In this document: in pieces, positions 19,201 to 29,804 of the stretch
How positions within the stretch are numbered: the first letter of the stretch is position 1
Layout of the letters: each line of letters begins with the position of its first letter
NCBI GenBank assembly: GCA_963824385.1
Contig: CAWGPD010000003.1
Location: forward strand, 96,001 to 160,000
Direction of reading: 5' to 3'
DNA from: an uncultured Nitrososphaerota archaeon
GTDB taxonomy: Archaea > Thermoproteota > Nitrososphaeria > Nitrososphaerales > Nitrosopumilaceae
Length of the DNA: 64,000 bases
Position numbers and translations under genes: made by a program
Notes under the pieces: model-generated
The model's input: only the letters and a program-made list of their open reading frames with translations
What the model was told of the DNA's origin: nothing
The model's database searches: none

Positions 19201-20817
19201 GTGACATATGTGGACATTGTAATACTTCTAGTTGTACTAGCAGGTTCTCTTGGGTTGGCTGTAATTTTTGGCCGATACATGGCAAGGATGATTGTATATG
19301 AAAAACGTCCATTGGAAAAAACATTGGGTAGCATAGAGAACGGTTTCTACAGGATTATCGGTGTAGACAGATATGAGCAGATGACATGGAAACAATATAC
19401 TCTGGCACTAATAGTAACTAATGTCATAGCAGCTGGTTTTCTGTTGGGGGTACTACTATATCAAAACAATCTGCCACTTTCGCCAAAGCCTGGGTTATCA
19501 CTTGATCTTGCATTTAATACCGCTGCATCGTTTATTACAAATACTGATCTTCAACACTATGCTGGAGATCAACAACTATCAATCTTTTCACAGATGGTAG
19601 GATTAATCTTTATAATGTTTGTAGCGCCTGCCTCTGGAATGGCTGCGGCGTTTGCTTTTATCCGAGGTTTTATCAGAAAAGAATTTGGACTGGGAAATTT
19701 TTATGTTGATTTTACAAGAATAATTTTAACACTTTTACTACCAATTGCATTTTTCTCTGCATTGTTGTTACTTTTCTTGGGGGCTCCTCAGACATTAGAC
19801 CCAACAATTACAGTAGGCACACTCCAAGGAGGAAATCAAACAATTACAATTGGACCAGTCGCATCACTGGAATCAATAAAGGATCTTGGAAGTAATGGAG
19901 GTGGATTTTTCGGTGCAAATTCTGCACATCCGTTTGAAAATCCTACTGGTGTATCAAACGTCTTTGAGTGTATCCTTATGCTTGTAATACCATTTTCATT
20001 TCCAATAGCATATGGTCATCTGTTAGGCAAAGGAAGGGGTATCTCCATACTTGCCGCCATGTTAATTGGATTTGGTGTGATGCTTGCTCTAGGGTTATCA
20101 GAACAGAGCGGTCCATCGGGTCTTGAGACACGTTTTGGAAGCTTTGGAAGTACGCTCTTTATGGAATCATCAGTATCATCAAACACTGGATCTGCAAATG
20201 CATCTCTTACTGGAATGTCCCCCAATGCTGTAATTGGATTATTTTTGGGAATGTTTGTCCAGGCAATACCTGGTGCAGACGGTATGGGAATGATGATGAT
20301 GATTATCTTTGTTATTCTTACACTCTTTTTGGTTGGACTAATGGTAGGAAAGACTCCAGAATTTATGAGCATGAAGATAAGCCCAAGAGATATAAAAATT
20401 GCCGCCTTTGTATTTCTGATTCACCCTGCATTGATATTGGTTCCATCGGTATTGGCGTATACTACTGAGAATGCACAGAGTGTTCTTGGAGAACCAACAA
20501 CTCCTGCGACATTTACACAAGTTTTGTATGAATATAGCTCAGCTGCTGCAAACAATGGATCAGATTATCTTGGCACATCTGCAAACACAGCATTTTGGAA
20601 TTGGTCTACGATGGCAGTCATGTTACTTGGACGTTTTGTGCCAATAGCATTGATGTTGGCAATTGCAGGATCGTTTACCCTAAGAGATAGAAAAGAAGTT
20701 GTCGAGCCAATAAAAACTTCAGGTTTTCTTTTTGTTGGCATATTGTCAATCATGGTATTTATTTTAACTGCTCTTACTTTCTTTCCGTTCTTGGTTATGG
20801 GGCCATTTTCAATATAG
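19201..20817 (+). CDS. kdpA: K+-transporting ATPase subunit A
   Basis: FNTAASFITNTDLQHY, SIKDLGSNGGGFFGANSAHPFENP, LMVGKTPEF, YEYSSAAANNGS. Confidence 0.97.
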   Translation: MTYVDIVILLVVLAGSLGLAVIFGRYMARMIVYEKRPLEKTLGSIENGFYRIIGVDRYEQMTWKQYTLALIVTNVIAAGFLLGVLLYQNNLPLSPKPGLSLDLAFNTAASFITNTDLQHYAGDQQLSIFSQMVGLIFIMFVAPASGMAAAFAFIRGFIRKEFGLGNFYVDFTRIILTLLLPIAFFSALLLLFLGAPQTLDPTITVGTLQGGNQTITIGPVASLESIKDLGSNGGGFFGANSAHPFENPTGVSNVFECILMLVIPFSFPIAYGHLLGKGRGISILAAMLIGFGVMLALGLSEQSGPSGLETRFGSFGSTLFMESSVSSNTGSANASLTGMSPNAVIGLFLGMFVQAIPGADGMGMMMMIIFVILTLFLVGLMVGKTPEFMSMKISPRDIKIAAFVFLIHPALILVPSVLAYTTENAQSVLGEPTTPATFTQVLYEYSSAAANNGSDYLGTSANTAFWNWSTMAVMLLGRFVPIALMLAIAGSFTLRDRKEVVEPIKTSGFLFVGILSIMVFILTALTFFPFLVMGPFSI

Positions 20818-20829
20818 TGTGATGGAATC

Positions 20830-22947
20830 ATGGTAGCAAAATTTAGACAATCATTATTTGACAAAAGAATGCTCAAGGATTCAATAACAAAGCTAAGTCC
20901 GCTTTACCTTGCCAAAAAAAGTCCAGTAATGTTTACCGTTGAAGTTGGATTCTTTTTGCTACTTGCAATAGGTTTGTTGCCAAACATGTCATTGGAATAT
21001 GTAAATGAAAACCATGTCTTCTATATCGAGTCTGCAATAATTCTACTTACTACAGTTTGGTTTGCAACATTTTCTGAATCTTTATCAGAGTCACAAGCAA
21101 GGGCAAAGGTTGATTCACTAAAAAATTTAGAAAAGGAAGTTTTAGCAAAAAAACTTGTAGATGGCAAAGAGGTTTCTGTAAAATCAACAAGTCTTGTAGT
21201 GGGAGACAGAGTCAGAGTTTACGCAGGAGAGATAATTCCAAGGGATGGCATTGTTCATGAAGGAAAGGCATTTGTAGACGAATCCATGATGACTGGAGAA
21301 TCAAATCCAGTCTTTAAAGAAAAGGATAATCCTGTTCTTGGAGGAACCAAAGTAGCAAACGACAGTCTCATTATAGAAATAACTTCGGAAGCTGGTAAGA
21401 GTTTTCTTGATGAGATGGTTGGATTAATTGAGAGCGCAAAAAGACCCAAGACAAAAAATGAGATTGCTCTTACCATACTGCTTGCAGGATTATCATTAAT
21501 CTTCATAACTGTAGTTGGAACTATGCTGTTCTTTGGGCACTATCTCGGATATCACATGGACATCTCCGTACTTTTTGCATTACTAGTGGCTTTGATGCCA
21601 ACCACTATTGGAGCATTATTACCTGCCATAGGAGTTGCTGGAATTAACAGACTGGCAAGAGATAACATTGTAGTAAAATCTGGAAAGGGAATAGAGGCAG
21701 CAGGTGACTGTGATATACTCATCTTGGATAAAACTGGAACAATTACTGAAGGTGCAAGAAGAGCAATTGCATTTGTTCCAATGGAAAAATTTACAGAGCA
21801 GGATATTGTTGAAGCTGCATACGCAGCATCATTTAGTGATCACACTCATGAAGGAACATCAATTATTGAACTTGCAAATGAGAAAAAAATTGAACCGCCA
21901 TTTATGATGGAGATTATGACAGGAAAACCTGTCGAGTTTAGTTCAGAAACAAGAGTTAGTGGCATAGAGTTTTCACCAAAGAAAAAATTATCCACTACAC
22001 AGGATCAAACTCTAAAATCAACATTGCCACGTACTAGAGTTTCTGCCAGGGTGGAAGAACTAGAAGAATCCAATACGCCAGTGAAGATCCTAAAAGGATC
22101 AGTTGAGGCCATTCTTAAGATTGCTACAAATGTTAACGAGCCAGAATTACGTTGGAAGGCACAAGAAATATCCAAAAATGGTGGAACACCGCTTGCAGTT
22201 ACAGTAAATGATGAGATAATTGGTTTGATCTCACTTAAGGACACTCTTAAAAAAGACATTCGAGAAAAGTTGGATGAAGTTCATGTCGCTGGCATAACCA
22301 CTGTTATGATCACAGGTGACAATCTACTTACTGCACAGGTAATTGCAAAAGAGGCAAATATTGATCAAATTATTGCCGAAGCCAAACCAACTGACAAGCT
22401 AAACAGAGTTGTAGAAGAGCAGCTAAAAGGCCACGTTGTAGGCATGATTGGTGATGGAACTAATGATGCGCCAGCCCTTGCAAAAGCCGATGTGGGACTT
22501 GCCATGAACCGAGGCACTGCAGTTGCAAGAGAAGCTGCAAACATGGTAGACTTGGATTCTGACCCTTCAAAGATTCTCAATGTTGTAAAGCTTGGCAAGC
22601 AGTTACTAATGACACGTGGTGCAATTACCACATTTTCAATTGCAAACGATGTTGCAAAATACTTTGCAATCCTTCCAGCAATGTTCATGAAGAGCAATCC
22701 AAAAATGGAGTTGCTAAATGTAATGCATCTTCACAGTCCTGAAAGTGCAGTACTAGCCACATTGATATTTAATGCAATAGTAATTCCAATGTTAATTCCG
22801 TTATCACTCAAGGGTGTAAAATACAAGCCAGAACTTCCAGAAAAGACATTTGTCAAGAACATGATGTTATATGGACTTGGAGGAGTTGTCTTTCCATTTG
22901 CAGGAATTAAAGCAATTGACCTACTACTGTCAGTGTTTATGAGATGA
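20830..22947 (+). CDS. kdpB: K+-transporting ATPase subunit B
   Basis: TGES, PTTIGALL, DKTGT, MITGDN, GDGTNDAPALA, TFSIANDVAKYF. Confidence 0.98.
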   Translation: MVAKFRQSLFDKRMLKDSITKLSPLYLAKKSPVMFTVEVGFFLLLAIGLLPNMSLEYVNENHVFYIESAIILLTTVWFATFSESLSESQARAKVDSLKNLEKEVLAKKLVDGKEVSVKSTSLVVGDRVRVYAGEIIPRDGIVHEGKAFVDESMMTGESNPVFKEKDNPVLGGTKVANDSLIIEITSEAGKSFLDEMVGLIESAKRPKTKNEIALTILLAGLSLIFITVVGTMLFFGHYLGYHMDISVLFALLVALMPTTIGALLPAIGVAGINRLARDNIVVKSGKGIEAAGDCDILILDKTGTITEGARRAIAFVPMEKFTEQDIVEAAYAASFSDHTHEGTSIIELANEKKIEPPFMMEIMTGKPVEFSSETRVSGIEFSPKKKLSTTQDQTLKSTLPRTRVSARVEELEESNTPVKILKGSVEAILKIATNVNEPELRWKAQEISKNGGTPLAVTVNDEIIGLISLKDTLKKDIREKLDEVHVAGITTVMITGDNLLTAQVIAKEANIDQIIAEAKPTDKLNRVVEEQLKGHVVGMIGDGTNDAPALAKADVGLAMNRGTAVAREAANMVDLDSDPSKILNVVKLGKQLLMTRGAITTFSIANDVAKYFAILPAMFMKSNPKMELLNVMHLHSPESAVLATLIFNAIVIPMLIPLSLKGVKYKPELPEKTFVKNMMLYGLGGVVFPFAGIKAIDLLLSVFMR

Positions 22948-22952
22948 TATAG

Positions 22953-23435
22953 ATGAGAACAATTAAGAGCAAAGTATTTTCGCCCGCCATAAGAATAGTG
23001 GTACTTATGATTATTACTACAGGGGTTACATACCCATTGGTTATTACAGCGATAGGTCAGACTGCCCTTCCATACCAATCTAATGGAAGTCAGGTTGTTC
23101 TAAACGGCAAAGTAGTTGGTTCAGAACTTATTGCACAAAATTTCACCTCTGCAAAATTCTTTCAACCAAGAAATTCAACTGATTCAGGATCAGGTGTAGA
23201 CCCAGATATTACTCTCAAGATGGCAATATCGCAAATACCTGTCATAAGTACTGCAACTGGAATTCCTGTAAATGCTTTGAAGACTCTAGTTGAGCTAAAC
23301 ATTGCAGGAAACAGGGAAACAAATGCTCTAGTCTTTGCACCGGATTACGTCAATGTATTAAATATCAACGTGGAGCTAGTAAAGCAATATCCCGATGTAT
23401 ATGCACAAGAAGTTTCTGTAAAGGGGGGAACTTGA
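22953..23435 (+). CDS. kdpC: K+-transporting ATPase subunit C
   Basis: YPLVITAIGQ, NGS..., VGSELIAQ.F, SGSGVDPDI, VNVLNIN. Confidence 0.95.
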   Translation: MRTIKSKVFSPAIRIVVLMIITTGVTYPLVITAIGQTALPYQSNGSQVVLNGKVVGSELIAQNFTSAKFFQPRNSTDSGSGVDPDITLKMAISQIPVISTATGIPVNALKTLVELNIAGNRETNALVFAPDYVNVLNINVELVKQYPDVYAQEVSVKGGT

Positions 23436-23436
23436 T

Positions 23437-23523
23437 ATGCATGAAATATTGATAGCATTTGTCATATCTCTTGCCATCTCTGGAGGAGTATTGATGTATT
23501 CCTTGTTAAGAGCTGAGAAATGA
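23437..23523 (+). CDS. kdpF: KdpF-like peptide (28 aa)
   Basis: Manual translation MHEILIAFVISLAISGGVLMYSLLRAEK; starts 1 nt after the kdpC stop and has the KdpF-type Y..L.AE C-terminus. Confidence 0.7.
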   Translation: MHEILIAFVISLAISGGVLMYSLLRAEK

Positions 23524-23542
23524 TCATTGTAGTAATTTCAAT

Positions 23543-23821
23543 ATGGCACTAGTCGAATTGTATGAAAAAGCAGTCAAAGGACAATGGTATGACTCACGAA
23601 ATAAGAGGACTGTAGAAGTCTTTGTAGTTACATATGAAATGACACAAAAACCTAGTCGAGAGAAGATTCTGATAATGGAAATTTTGACAGATTTTTCAGA
23701 TGCTGGAAGTTTTGATTATTCCGATGATGAGAAATTACCATATGAGAAAGGCATGCCTGTTTATCCACAAATACAAGTTGGTAGTGTAAACAAAAGAGAG
23801 ATCCTAAGTAAAGATATTTGA
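23543..23821 (+). CDS. Hypothetical protein
   Basis: 92-aa ORF directly after the kdp operon. Confidence 0.55.
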   Translation: MALVELYEKAVKGQWYDSRNKRTVEVFVVTYEMTQKPSREKILIMEILTDFSDAGSFDYSDDEKLPYEKGMPVYPQIQVGSVNKREILSKDI

Positions 23822-23923
23822 AAATATTAGTATACTATTCAGCACTATATGTGATACCAAGTAAGAATTAACTACTTGATTTAATATTGTATTTTCATAA
23901 ACTCTCCAAAAATAAATCCTAAT

Positions 23924-24244
23924 ATGATAAAATGTGATGTATCAGACATCTGGAAAGTTCTTGGTAAAGCATGGTCGCTTTTGATCCTAAAGAATCTAAG
24001 CACAAAAGAAACTGTACGATTTAACGAGTTAAAGAAGTTACTTCCTGAAATAAGCAATACTGTTTTAGCAGATAGGTTACGGGAGTTGGAATCTGAAAAA
24101 CTAATTGTAAAAAAGATCTATGCTCAAGTGCCATTAAAAGTAGAATATAGTTTGACCAAGGATGCAAAGGATCTTGAAATAGTACTAGAAGAATTGGAAC
24201 GATGGATTAAAAAAAGAGAATCTGCTACAAGGAACAAAAAATAG
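23924..24244 (+). CDS. HxlR family winged-helix regulator
   Basis: LGKAWSLLIL, RFNELKK, LADRLRELE, VPLKVEYSLT. Confidence 0.93.
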   Translation: MIKCDVSDIWKVLGKAWSLLILKNLSTKETVRFNELKKLLPEISNTVLADRLRELESEKLIVKKIYAQVPLKVEYSLTKDAKDLEIVLEELERWIKKRESATRNKK

Positions 24245-24264
24245 TCAAGGTTTTTGACGTACTT

Positions 24265-24981
24265 TTATTGATTGTATTTTTCTGGAAGATCAATCAGTAT
24301 TAATTCTGTTGTTTTTTTAGCCTCTATAGAAATTGTATTTGTATTTTCAATTTTTGCTGCATCTTGTGTTTCCATAATCTTATCGTTCATGGATATTTTA
24401 CCATCAATTACAAACAAGTATGCTTTTCTTCCTGAATCTAGGTTGTGTTCCACTTTATTTCCAGAATCTAAACTTGAGAGATAAAACAAGGCATTTTGGT
24501 GTATTGAAAGTTCAGAACCTGAATTATTCATTGGTCCTATGACTTGAAGTAGCTTGTTTTTTCTATCTTCTAGAGAGTATTTCTTTTGTTGCCATGATGG
24601 GCGAAGTCCCTTCCTATCTGGGAAAACCCACATCTGTAACAATCGTAATGGATTTGTTTTAGACGCATTGTGTTCTGAATGGACAACTCCAGTTCCTGCA
24701 GTCATTCTCTGCATTTCTCCTGCCCCGATTATCCCATCATTTCCTAGATTGTCTCTATGACGTAGTGCGCCATCAATAACATAAGTTACAATTTCCATGT
24801 CCTTATGTTGATGAAATTCAAACCCTGTACCTAGTTTTATCAGATCGTCATTAAATACTCGTAATGGACCATAATCGTGCTTTTCTGGGTTGTAGTATTC
24901 CCCAAATGAGAAATGGTGATATGTTGTAAGCCAGTCTATCTCATTTTTGTAATGTTCATTTGCTTTGATTAATTCTTGCAT
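24265..24981 (-). CDS. Pirin family protein
   Basis: HFSFGEYY, LRVFNDD, HQHKDMEIVTYV, QRMTAGTGVVHSE. Confidence 0.95.
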   Translation of the reverse strand: MQELIKANEHYKNEIDWLTTYHHFSFGEYYNPEKHDYGPLRVFNDDLIKLGTGFEFHQHKDMEIVTYVIDGALRHRDNLGNDGIIGAGEMQRMTAGTGVVHSEHNASKTNPLRLLQMWVFPDRKGLRPSWQQKKYSLEDRKNKLLQVIGPMNNSGSELSIHQNALFYLSSLDSGNKVEHNLDSGRKAYLFVIDGKISMNDKIMETQDAAKIENTNTISIEAKKTTELILIDLPEKYNQ

Positions 24982-25088
24982 GTTATGTATACGTCAATAT
25001 TATATTTAAATTAAGTAGTAATTTATTACTTAGTTGTTATTAATAACCTAACTAGGTAAGTATGAACTTATCTGATATTTATTATATA

Positions 25089-25481
25089 CTATAAATCGTT
25101 CTTGTCGATAATTCTTTTTGGGATGTAATTTTCTATATCTGTACTGAAAATTCTAATGTTTGCAAATGTCTTTAGTATGGATTTTGCAATTAAACCCATT
25201 GCACTTTTTGCAAAATCTGATTTTCTAAGACTCTCATCTGAAAAAATACTTAAAGTAGATCTCTCCTGCATTGAAATTATCTCAATCATGAACTCTTGAT
25301 TGTTTTTATCAGATGTAACTGGAATTAGTGCTCGTTTTTTCTTCTTGTCAAGGAAGATATCATCTATTTTAATCGGAAATGGTCTCTCTTGTATTATATC
25401 TTGAAATCTTGATGAAAATTCCTCAAGGTTAATTCCATTGTCAAAAATAACATGTGGCATAGCCTCCCTTGAATTTGTCAT
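25089..25481 (-). CDS. Hypothetical protein
   Basis: 130-aa ORF of globular composition. Confidence 0.65.
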   Translation of the reverse strand: MTNSREAMPHVIFDNGINLEEFSSRFQDIIQERPFPIKIDDIFLDKKKKRALIPVTSDKNNQEFMIEIISMQERSTLSIFSDESLRKSDFAKSAMGLIAKSILKTFANIRIFSTDIENYIPKRIIDKNDL

Positions 25482-25711
25482 TTAAACAATCTAGTTATTC
25501 TAATTTGGTATATTAGAAATTTGTACAAGTTCCTACGGTTTTTTTGATGTAGTCTTGACAAATTCTAATTCTAGATAACTAGAATCATGATTTTGAAAAT
25601 ATTGGTATTTTGTTCAACATTTTACCAAATTATTATGACATGGTATTGTCTAAAAATGATATGACAAAACTTGAAAAAGAGATAAAATAGAGTATTGCCA
25701 ATGCGTTTTAC

Positions 25712-26068
25712 ATGCAAGGCACAAACGCACTTGATAACTATGACGCAAATAAAGCCAACAAATCCCTTAAAATGTTACTCAATGACAAGAGTAATGAATT
25801 TCGGGAGCTTGCAAATGGTATTGGGTATCCAACATCGAACAAGGATTGGGAATTAATAATTTTGAACTTTTGTCTTGATTTTAGTGATTGCTTCAAGGCC
25901 TGGTCAAGTAAGGATATAGACGCAGATCACATGCAAGTTCACAAATGTAATACCATGATGAGACAGATAGGTATTGGCAAGTCCAACATGACTGAAGTTA
26001 CACATCTTGAAAATACTGCATACAGGATTGCAGAAGATTTTAAAGCAATTTACAAGAGAATAGAATAA
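25712..26068 (+). CDS. Hypothetical protein
   Basis: 118-aa ORF with ATG start. Confidence 0.7.
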   Translation: MQGTNALDNYDANKANKSLKMLLNDKSNEFRELANGIGYPTSNKDWELIILNFCLDFSDCFKAWSSKDIDADHMQVHKCNTMMRQIGIGKSNMTEVTHLENTAYRIAEDFKAIYKRIE

Positions 26069-26153
26069 TTCTTAAAAAATCTATCTGAATCTACAGATAT
26101 AAATTTCACCTGACATGGCTTAATCTAAATAGTGTGATGAGATATAATATGAA

Positions 26154-26357
26154 ATGAAAAGAAAGGTCTCTGATGCAGAATTTGTAAATGAGTCAGTCGA
26201 GTTCTTCAATGAGCGAATTGATGAAATAATTGCTCAACTTCGTAAATCTACTCTAAGCACACAACAAAAGACCGTACTAGAAAATGAAAAACAACTAGTC
26301 ATAGACAGAAGAAACTATTGGAAGCTTGAACAGACTAAATTACAATTATGTGACTAG
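26154..26357 (+). CDS. Small coiled-coil protein
   Basis: 67-aa charged helical ORF. Confidence 0.55.
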   Translation: MKRKVSDAEFVNESVEFFNERIDEIIAQLRKSTLSTQQKTVLENEKQLVIDRRNYWKLEQTKLQLCD

Positions 26358-26567
26358 ATCTCTTTTAGATACTAGTAAATTTTCTCCAGTTTAAGATATG
26401 CTAATCGGAGCCAGTTTAATAGGGACGGTGACGTAATAGTATTTGGAGAATTAGCACATGACATATAATGTCGCTAAAAAGTATTTTCTGAATTATCCCT
26501 CAGTGTATAGAGTAGAGTTTGTCAAACTTGTTGACATGTTTGATATCACAACTGGTAGTGATGTAAT

Positions 26568-26687
26568 TTGCAAATAATTACACTAAAAAAATCAAAAATT
26601 TGTAAAAAATGCAAGATAGAATTTGAGGAAGAAAATGGTTATCCAATATGCAACTATTGTCTAAAGTTACTGGATAATTGGGAGTAG
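26568..26687 (+). CDS. Zinc-finger micro-protein (39 aa)
   Basis: TTG start; MQIITLKKSKICKKCKIEFEEENGYPICNYCLKLLDNWE. Confidence 0.55.
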   Translation: MQIITLKKSKICKKCKIEFEEENGYPICNYCLKLLDNWE

Positions 26688-26691
26688 TAAA

Positions 26692-26850
26692 ATGTCTCTC
26701 CAAAGCGTTGTTCCAAAAGAGATCAATGAACACCTCCGCCTTTATCTAAAAGAACCATGGGAGATACAATTTCTTGAAGAGTGTGATTTGTGTGGGAGAA
26801 AACTTGACGAATTTGGAATGTGTGGATGTGATACAGGTGGAGGAGATTAA
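26692..26850 (+). CDS. Zinc-binding micro-protein (52 aa)
   Basis: MSLQSVVPKE...EECDLCGRKLDEFGMCGCDTGGGD. Confidence 0.6.
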   Translation: MSLQSVVPKEINEHLRLYLKEPWEIQFLEECDLCGRKLDEFGMCGCDTGGGD

Positions 26851-27071
26851 AAGTGGAATCTGACTCAAATCATAAAATGCCTGAAAAAGAATCACCAAGA
26901 TATAGTAAAGGTATTTGTTGGTTTTGCCAAAACCACTGCAAAAATTCAGGTTATGCTCATGAAGCATGCATAATAGATTATTTTATAAAACCAAAACCGC
27001 GCCAACTAGTTGCAGCATAGCAAACCAATACTGAAAAAAATGCTTAATGGGTGGGAAGCAGTATAGATACT

Positions 27072-27554
27072 ATGGGGTTGGTGTTTGAAGATCACCACAG
27101 AGATGAACCACACAAGAAAGTAGGCATGACAGACGAAATCATTGTGGATGTATTTGAGGGAATTATCCGAACTAAGCACATTACCATGGAAAATGTCATG
27201 ACGCGCGATGTTATAACATTAGACCATACAAAAACAGCACATGATGCAGCTATGACAATGATGGAAAAAAAGATTGGAAGTGTCATTATAACAGCATATA
27301 GAAAACCCTTTGGCATAGTTACAGAAAGAGACTTGGCGCGTCTAGTAGCATTTCTAGATATGCCTGCCAGGAGCCTAATGCTGAGTTTTCTTGCGTCAAG
27401 ACCACTAATTTATGCAAGTACAACTCTAACAATTCAAGAAGCATCTGATATCATGGGAATGCACAACATTGATCACCTTCCAATATTGGATAAAGGCCAG
27501 ATTGTTGGAATGGTTACCACAAGAGATCTAGCAAAGTATTTGCTTTGTGCTTAA
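27072..27554 (+). CDS. CBS-pair protein
   Basis: Two CBS motifs; intact paralog of 15681..16165. Confidence 0.9.
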   Translation: MGLVFEDHHRDEPHKKVGMTDEIIVDVFEGIIRTKHITMENVMTRDVITLDHTKTAHDAAMTMMEKKIGSVIITAYRKPFGIVTERDLARLVAFLDMPARSLMLSFLASRPLIYASTTLTIQEASDIMGMHNIDHLPILDKGQIVGMVTTRDLAKYLLCA

Positions 27555-27615
27555 AAATTCTGTTTGCAATGACATGAAAAAACAAAGCAACAAGTTCTAA
27601 AAAGGCTCAGACTCT

Positions 27616-27630
27616 AGTCTTACAGAACTC
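27616..27630 (+). repeat. Copy of the dispersed boundary motif
   Basis: AGTC-TTACAG-AACTC. Confidence 0.5.
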
Positions 27631-27726
27631 GAATCCTCCTAACATAGATGCAACACGAGTCTAAAATTGTTCCAAGTTAGTAGATGCATGTCCTGTCCGG
27701 TCAATCCTTTTTTGAATTAGGAAATT

Positions 27727-29253
27727 CTATTTTTGTGGAAGTGTTATTGTAAAAACAGTAGGAGGCGATTTGACCGATATAGTTCCACCATGGGATTCTA
27801 CTATGGCGCGAACACTGGAAAGACCTAAACCAGTACCAGTTTGTTTGGTGGTAAACAATGGCTCAAATATTTTATTGATATTTTCTTTTGATATTCCATC
27901 CCCCGAATCCTCAAATTCTATGGTCAGATTATTTTTTTCACTCTTATTACGTATTGTTACAATTCCTTTGTTTTTTCCTATTTCCTCGATTGCATTTAAC
28001 AAAATATTGGTAAATACAACTGATAACTGAATTTTATCTGCCATGAGAGAAAAGTCATTTTCTGGCAGTGTGATAGTGATGTTTTCTGGTATGTGTATGC
28101 TTTTAATAGAATCACCTAAAATATTGGAAATTGAGACTAGTTTTTTGTCTAAGGGTATTGTTTTAACAAATCCTAGTACTTGGTTAATCTGATGATTAAT
28201 TCTAGATACTGCGTCATTAATTATTGGAAGATATTCATCAAGTTTTGGGTCAGATTTGTTATTAATCCGCATCTCCATTCCTTCAACTGATAATCTGATT
28301 ACGCTTAATGGGTTTCGGAGGTCATGTGAAAGTCTTGCAGTAAGCTCACCTATTACAGATAGTTTTTCTTTTTTTATCACTTCATTTTGTGTTTGGATGA
28401 TGATTTTAGTTTGATTTTTTGTCTTGTCAAATAAGAGTATGACAAATAATATTGAAATTCCAATTAAGGCAATCAGCGTTGGAAAAACTAAATCAAGAAA
28501 ATAATAGAGCGTCTTTGCAGATTTTGCAGTATTAACTAGAATATCTTTGGAATATTCTGTGGTGTGCTTTTCTCCGATCTCCACATCTGCTCCTCTAATT
28601 CCATCATTTACAAAATAGTCATCCCAGTATTTAGAAAAAGAAACCATGGTTCCAGTTACAGGTTCAACTGAGATTGTACAACCTCCATCAGACAATATTT
28701 TTTTAGATAAAAACTCTGGATGGTCTGAAGATACATCAACCCCACTATATTTACACGAGAAATCATATACGTCAAGACCGTTAACGTTGTCTTCTTTCTC
28801 AAAAACAAAAGGAGTTTCGGAAAATATCATTGGATGGAAAAAATCATAATCTATTTTTTGAACATTGGGAGGAAAGGTGAAATATCCATTCATTGACTGA
28901 TGCTTTTCAGTTGTCCTGTCAACAAAAAATGTATGAGTGTCATCAAAGACGATTTTATTTGTCATAGGATCTCTTCCCAGTATGGTAGAATTGATCTCTA
29001 AAATATTACCAGTTACATTGATCACGTTTTCTCTCAGAGTCTCCCTTATCCCAAATGGTTCAGACAGGTTTCCACCTAATGAACTCAATACTTGGTCTTG
29101 TCCTTCCTGTTCTGCAATATATTCATAATTTAACGGGATTTTTTTTATTTCGTTAACAAATAAGCCGTATATGATCATGACGGAAATAATAGCTAAAAAC
29201 CCTATGACTAATTTTATCTTAAAATTCATCAAAAGTGTAGTGTATAATACCAC
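27727..29253 (-). CDS. Sensor histidine kinase with DUF3068-like extracellular domain
   Basis: EQEGQDQV, FFVDRTT, FTFPPNVQKIDYDFFHP, VNGLDVYDF, VEPVTG; SHDLRNPL, NILLNAIE, DSGDGI, GTGLGL. Confidence 0.88.
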   Translation of the reverse strand: MVLYTTLLMNFKIKLVIGFLAIISVMIIYGLFVNEIKKIPLNYEYIAEQEGQDQVLSSLGGNLSEPFGIRETLRENVINVTGNILEINSTILGRDPMTNKIVFDDTHTFFVDRTTEKHQSMNGYFTFPPNVQKIDYDFFHPMIFSETPFVFEKEDNVNGLDVYDFSCKYSGVDVSSDHPEFLSKKILSDGGCTISVEPVTGTMVSFSKYWDDYFVNDGIRGADVEIGEKHTTEYSKDILVNTAKSAKTLYYFLDLVFPTLIALIGISILFVILLFDKTKNQTKIIIQTQNEVIKKEKLSVIGELTARLSHDLRNPLSVIRLSVEGMEMRINNKSDPKLDEYLPIINDAVSRINHQINQVLGFVKTIPLDKKLVSISNILGDSIKSIHIPENITITLPENDFSLMADKIQLSVVFTNILLNAIEEIGKNKGIVTIRNKSEKNNLTIEFEDSGDGISKENINKIFEPLFTTKQTGTGLGLSSVRAIVESHGGTISVKSPPTVFTITLPQK

Positions 29254-29354
29254 ATATTAAGAAATTAATTTTTTAAGAGAATTATATTTGAAATCAAATC
29301 TTCCTGAACACTGTTTTACCGAATCTTTTTAAATAAACCCTGTCTTGGAATTAT

Positions 29355-29723
29355 GTGATTACCTGTATAGTTGTGGATGACGATGTGAATACTGTCAAGG
29401 TTTTTTCTGACATTCTTGAATTTATGGGGCTACAAGTAATAGGAAGAGGTTTTAGCGGCAGCGAAGCAGTATGTCTCTATAAAACATATGTCCCAGATGT
29501 TATTTTTATTGATCTCATGATGCCAAAAACAGATGGTATTTATGCTATTGAAAAAATTCTGAAAATTAATCCTACTGCAAAGATTGTAGCAATAACAGCT
29601 GATCTTTCACTGGAAACATATCACAAGTTAAATGAACTAAAAATTAAAGCGATTATTTACAAACCGTTTAGTATCCATAACATAAAAAAAGTATTAGAAC
29701 AGTACAATATCAATACATCATAA
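29355..29723 (+). CDS. Stand-alone response regulator receiver
   Basis: VVDDD, IDLMMPKTDG, AITA, YKPF; divergent from the kinase. Confidence 0.92.
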   Translation: MITCIVVDDDVNTVKVFSDILEFMGLQVIGRGFSGSEAVCLYKTYVPDVIFIDLMMPKTDGIYAIEKILKINPTAKIVAITADLSLETYHKLNELKIKAIIYKPFSIHNIKKVLEQYNINTS

Positions 29724-29804
29724 TTTTATTTTATCAAAAATGTTGCACAAATGCATTTTCCATTATTTCTAATACATCTTGGAACGAAATAAAAAATTTG
29801 GAAA

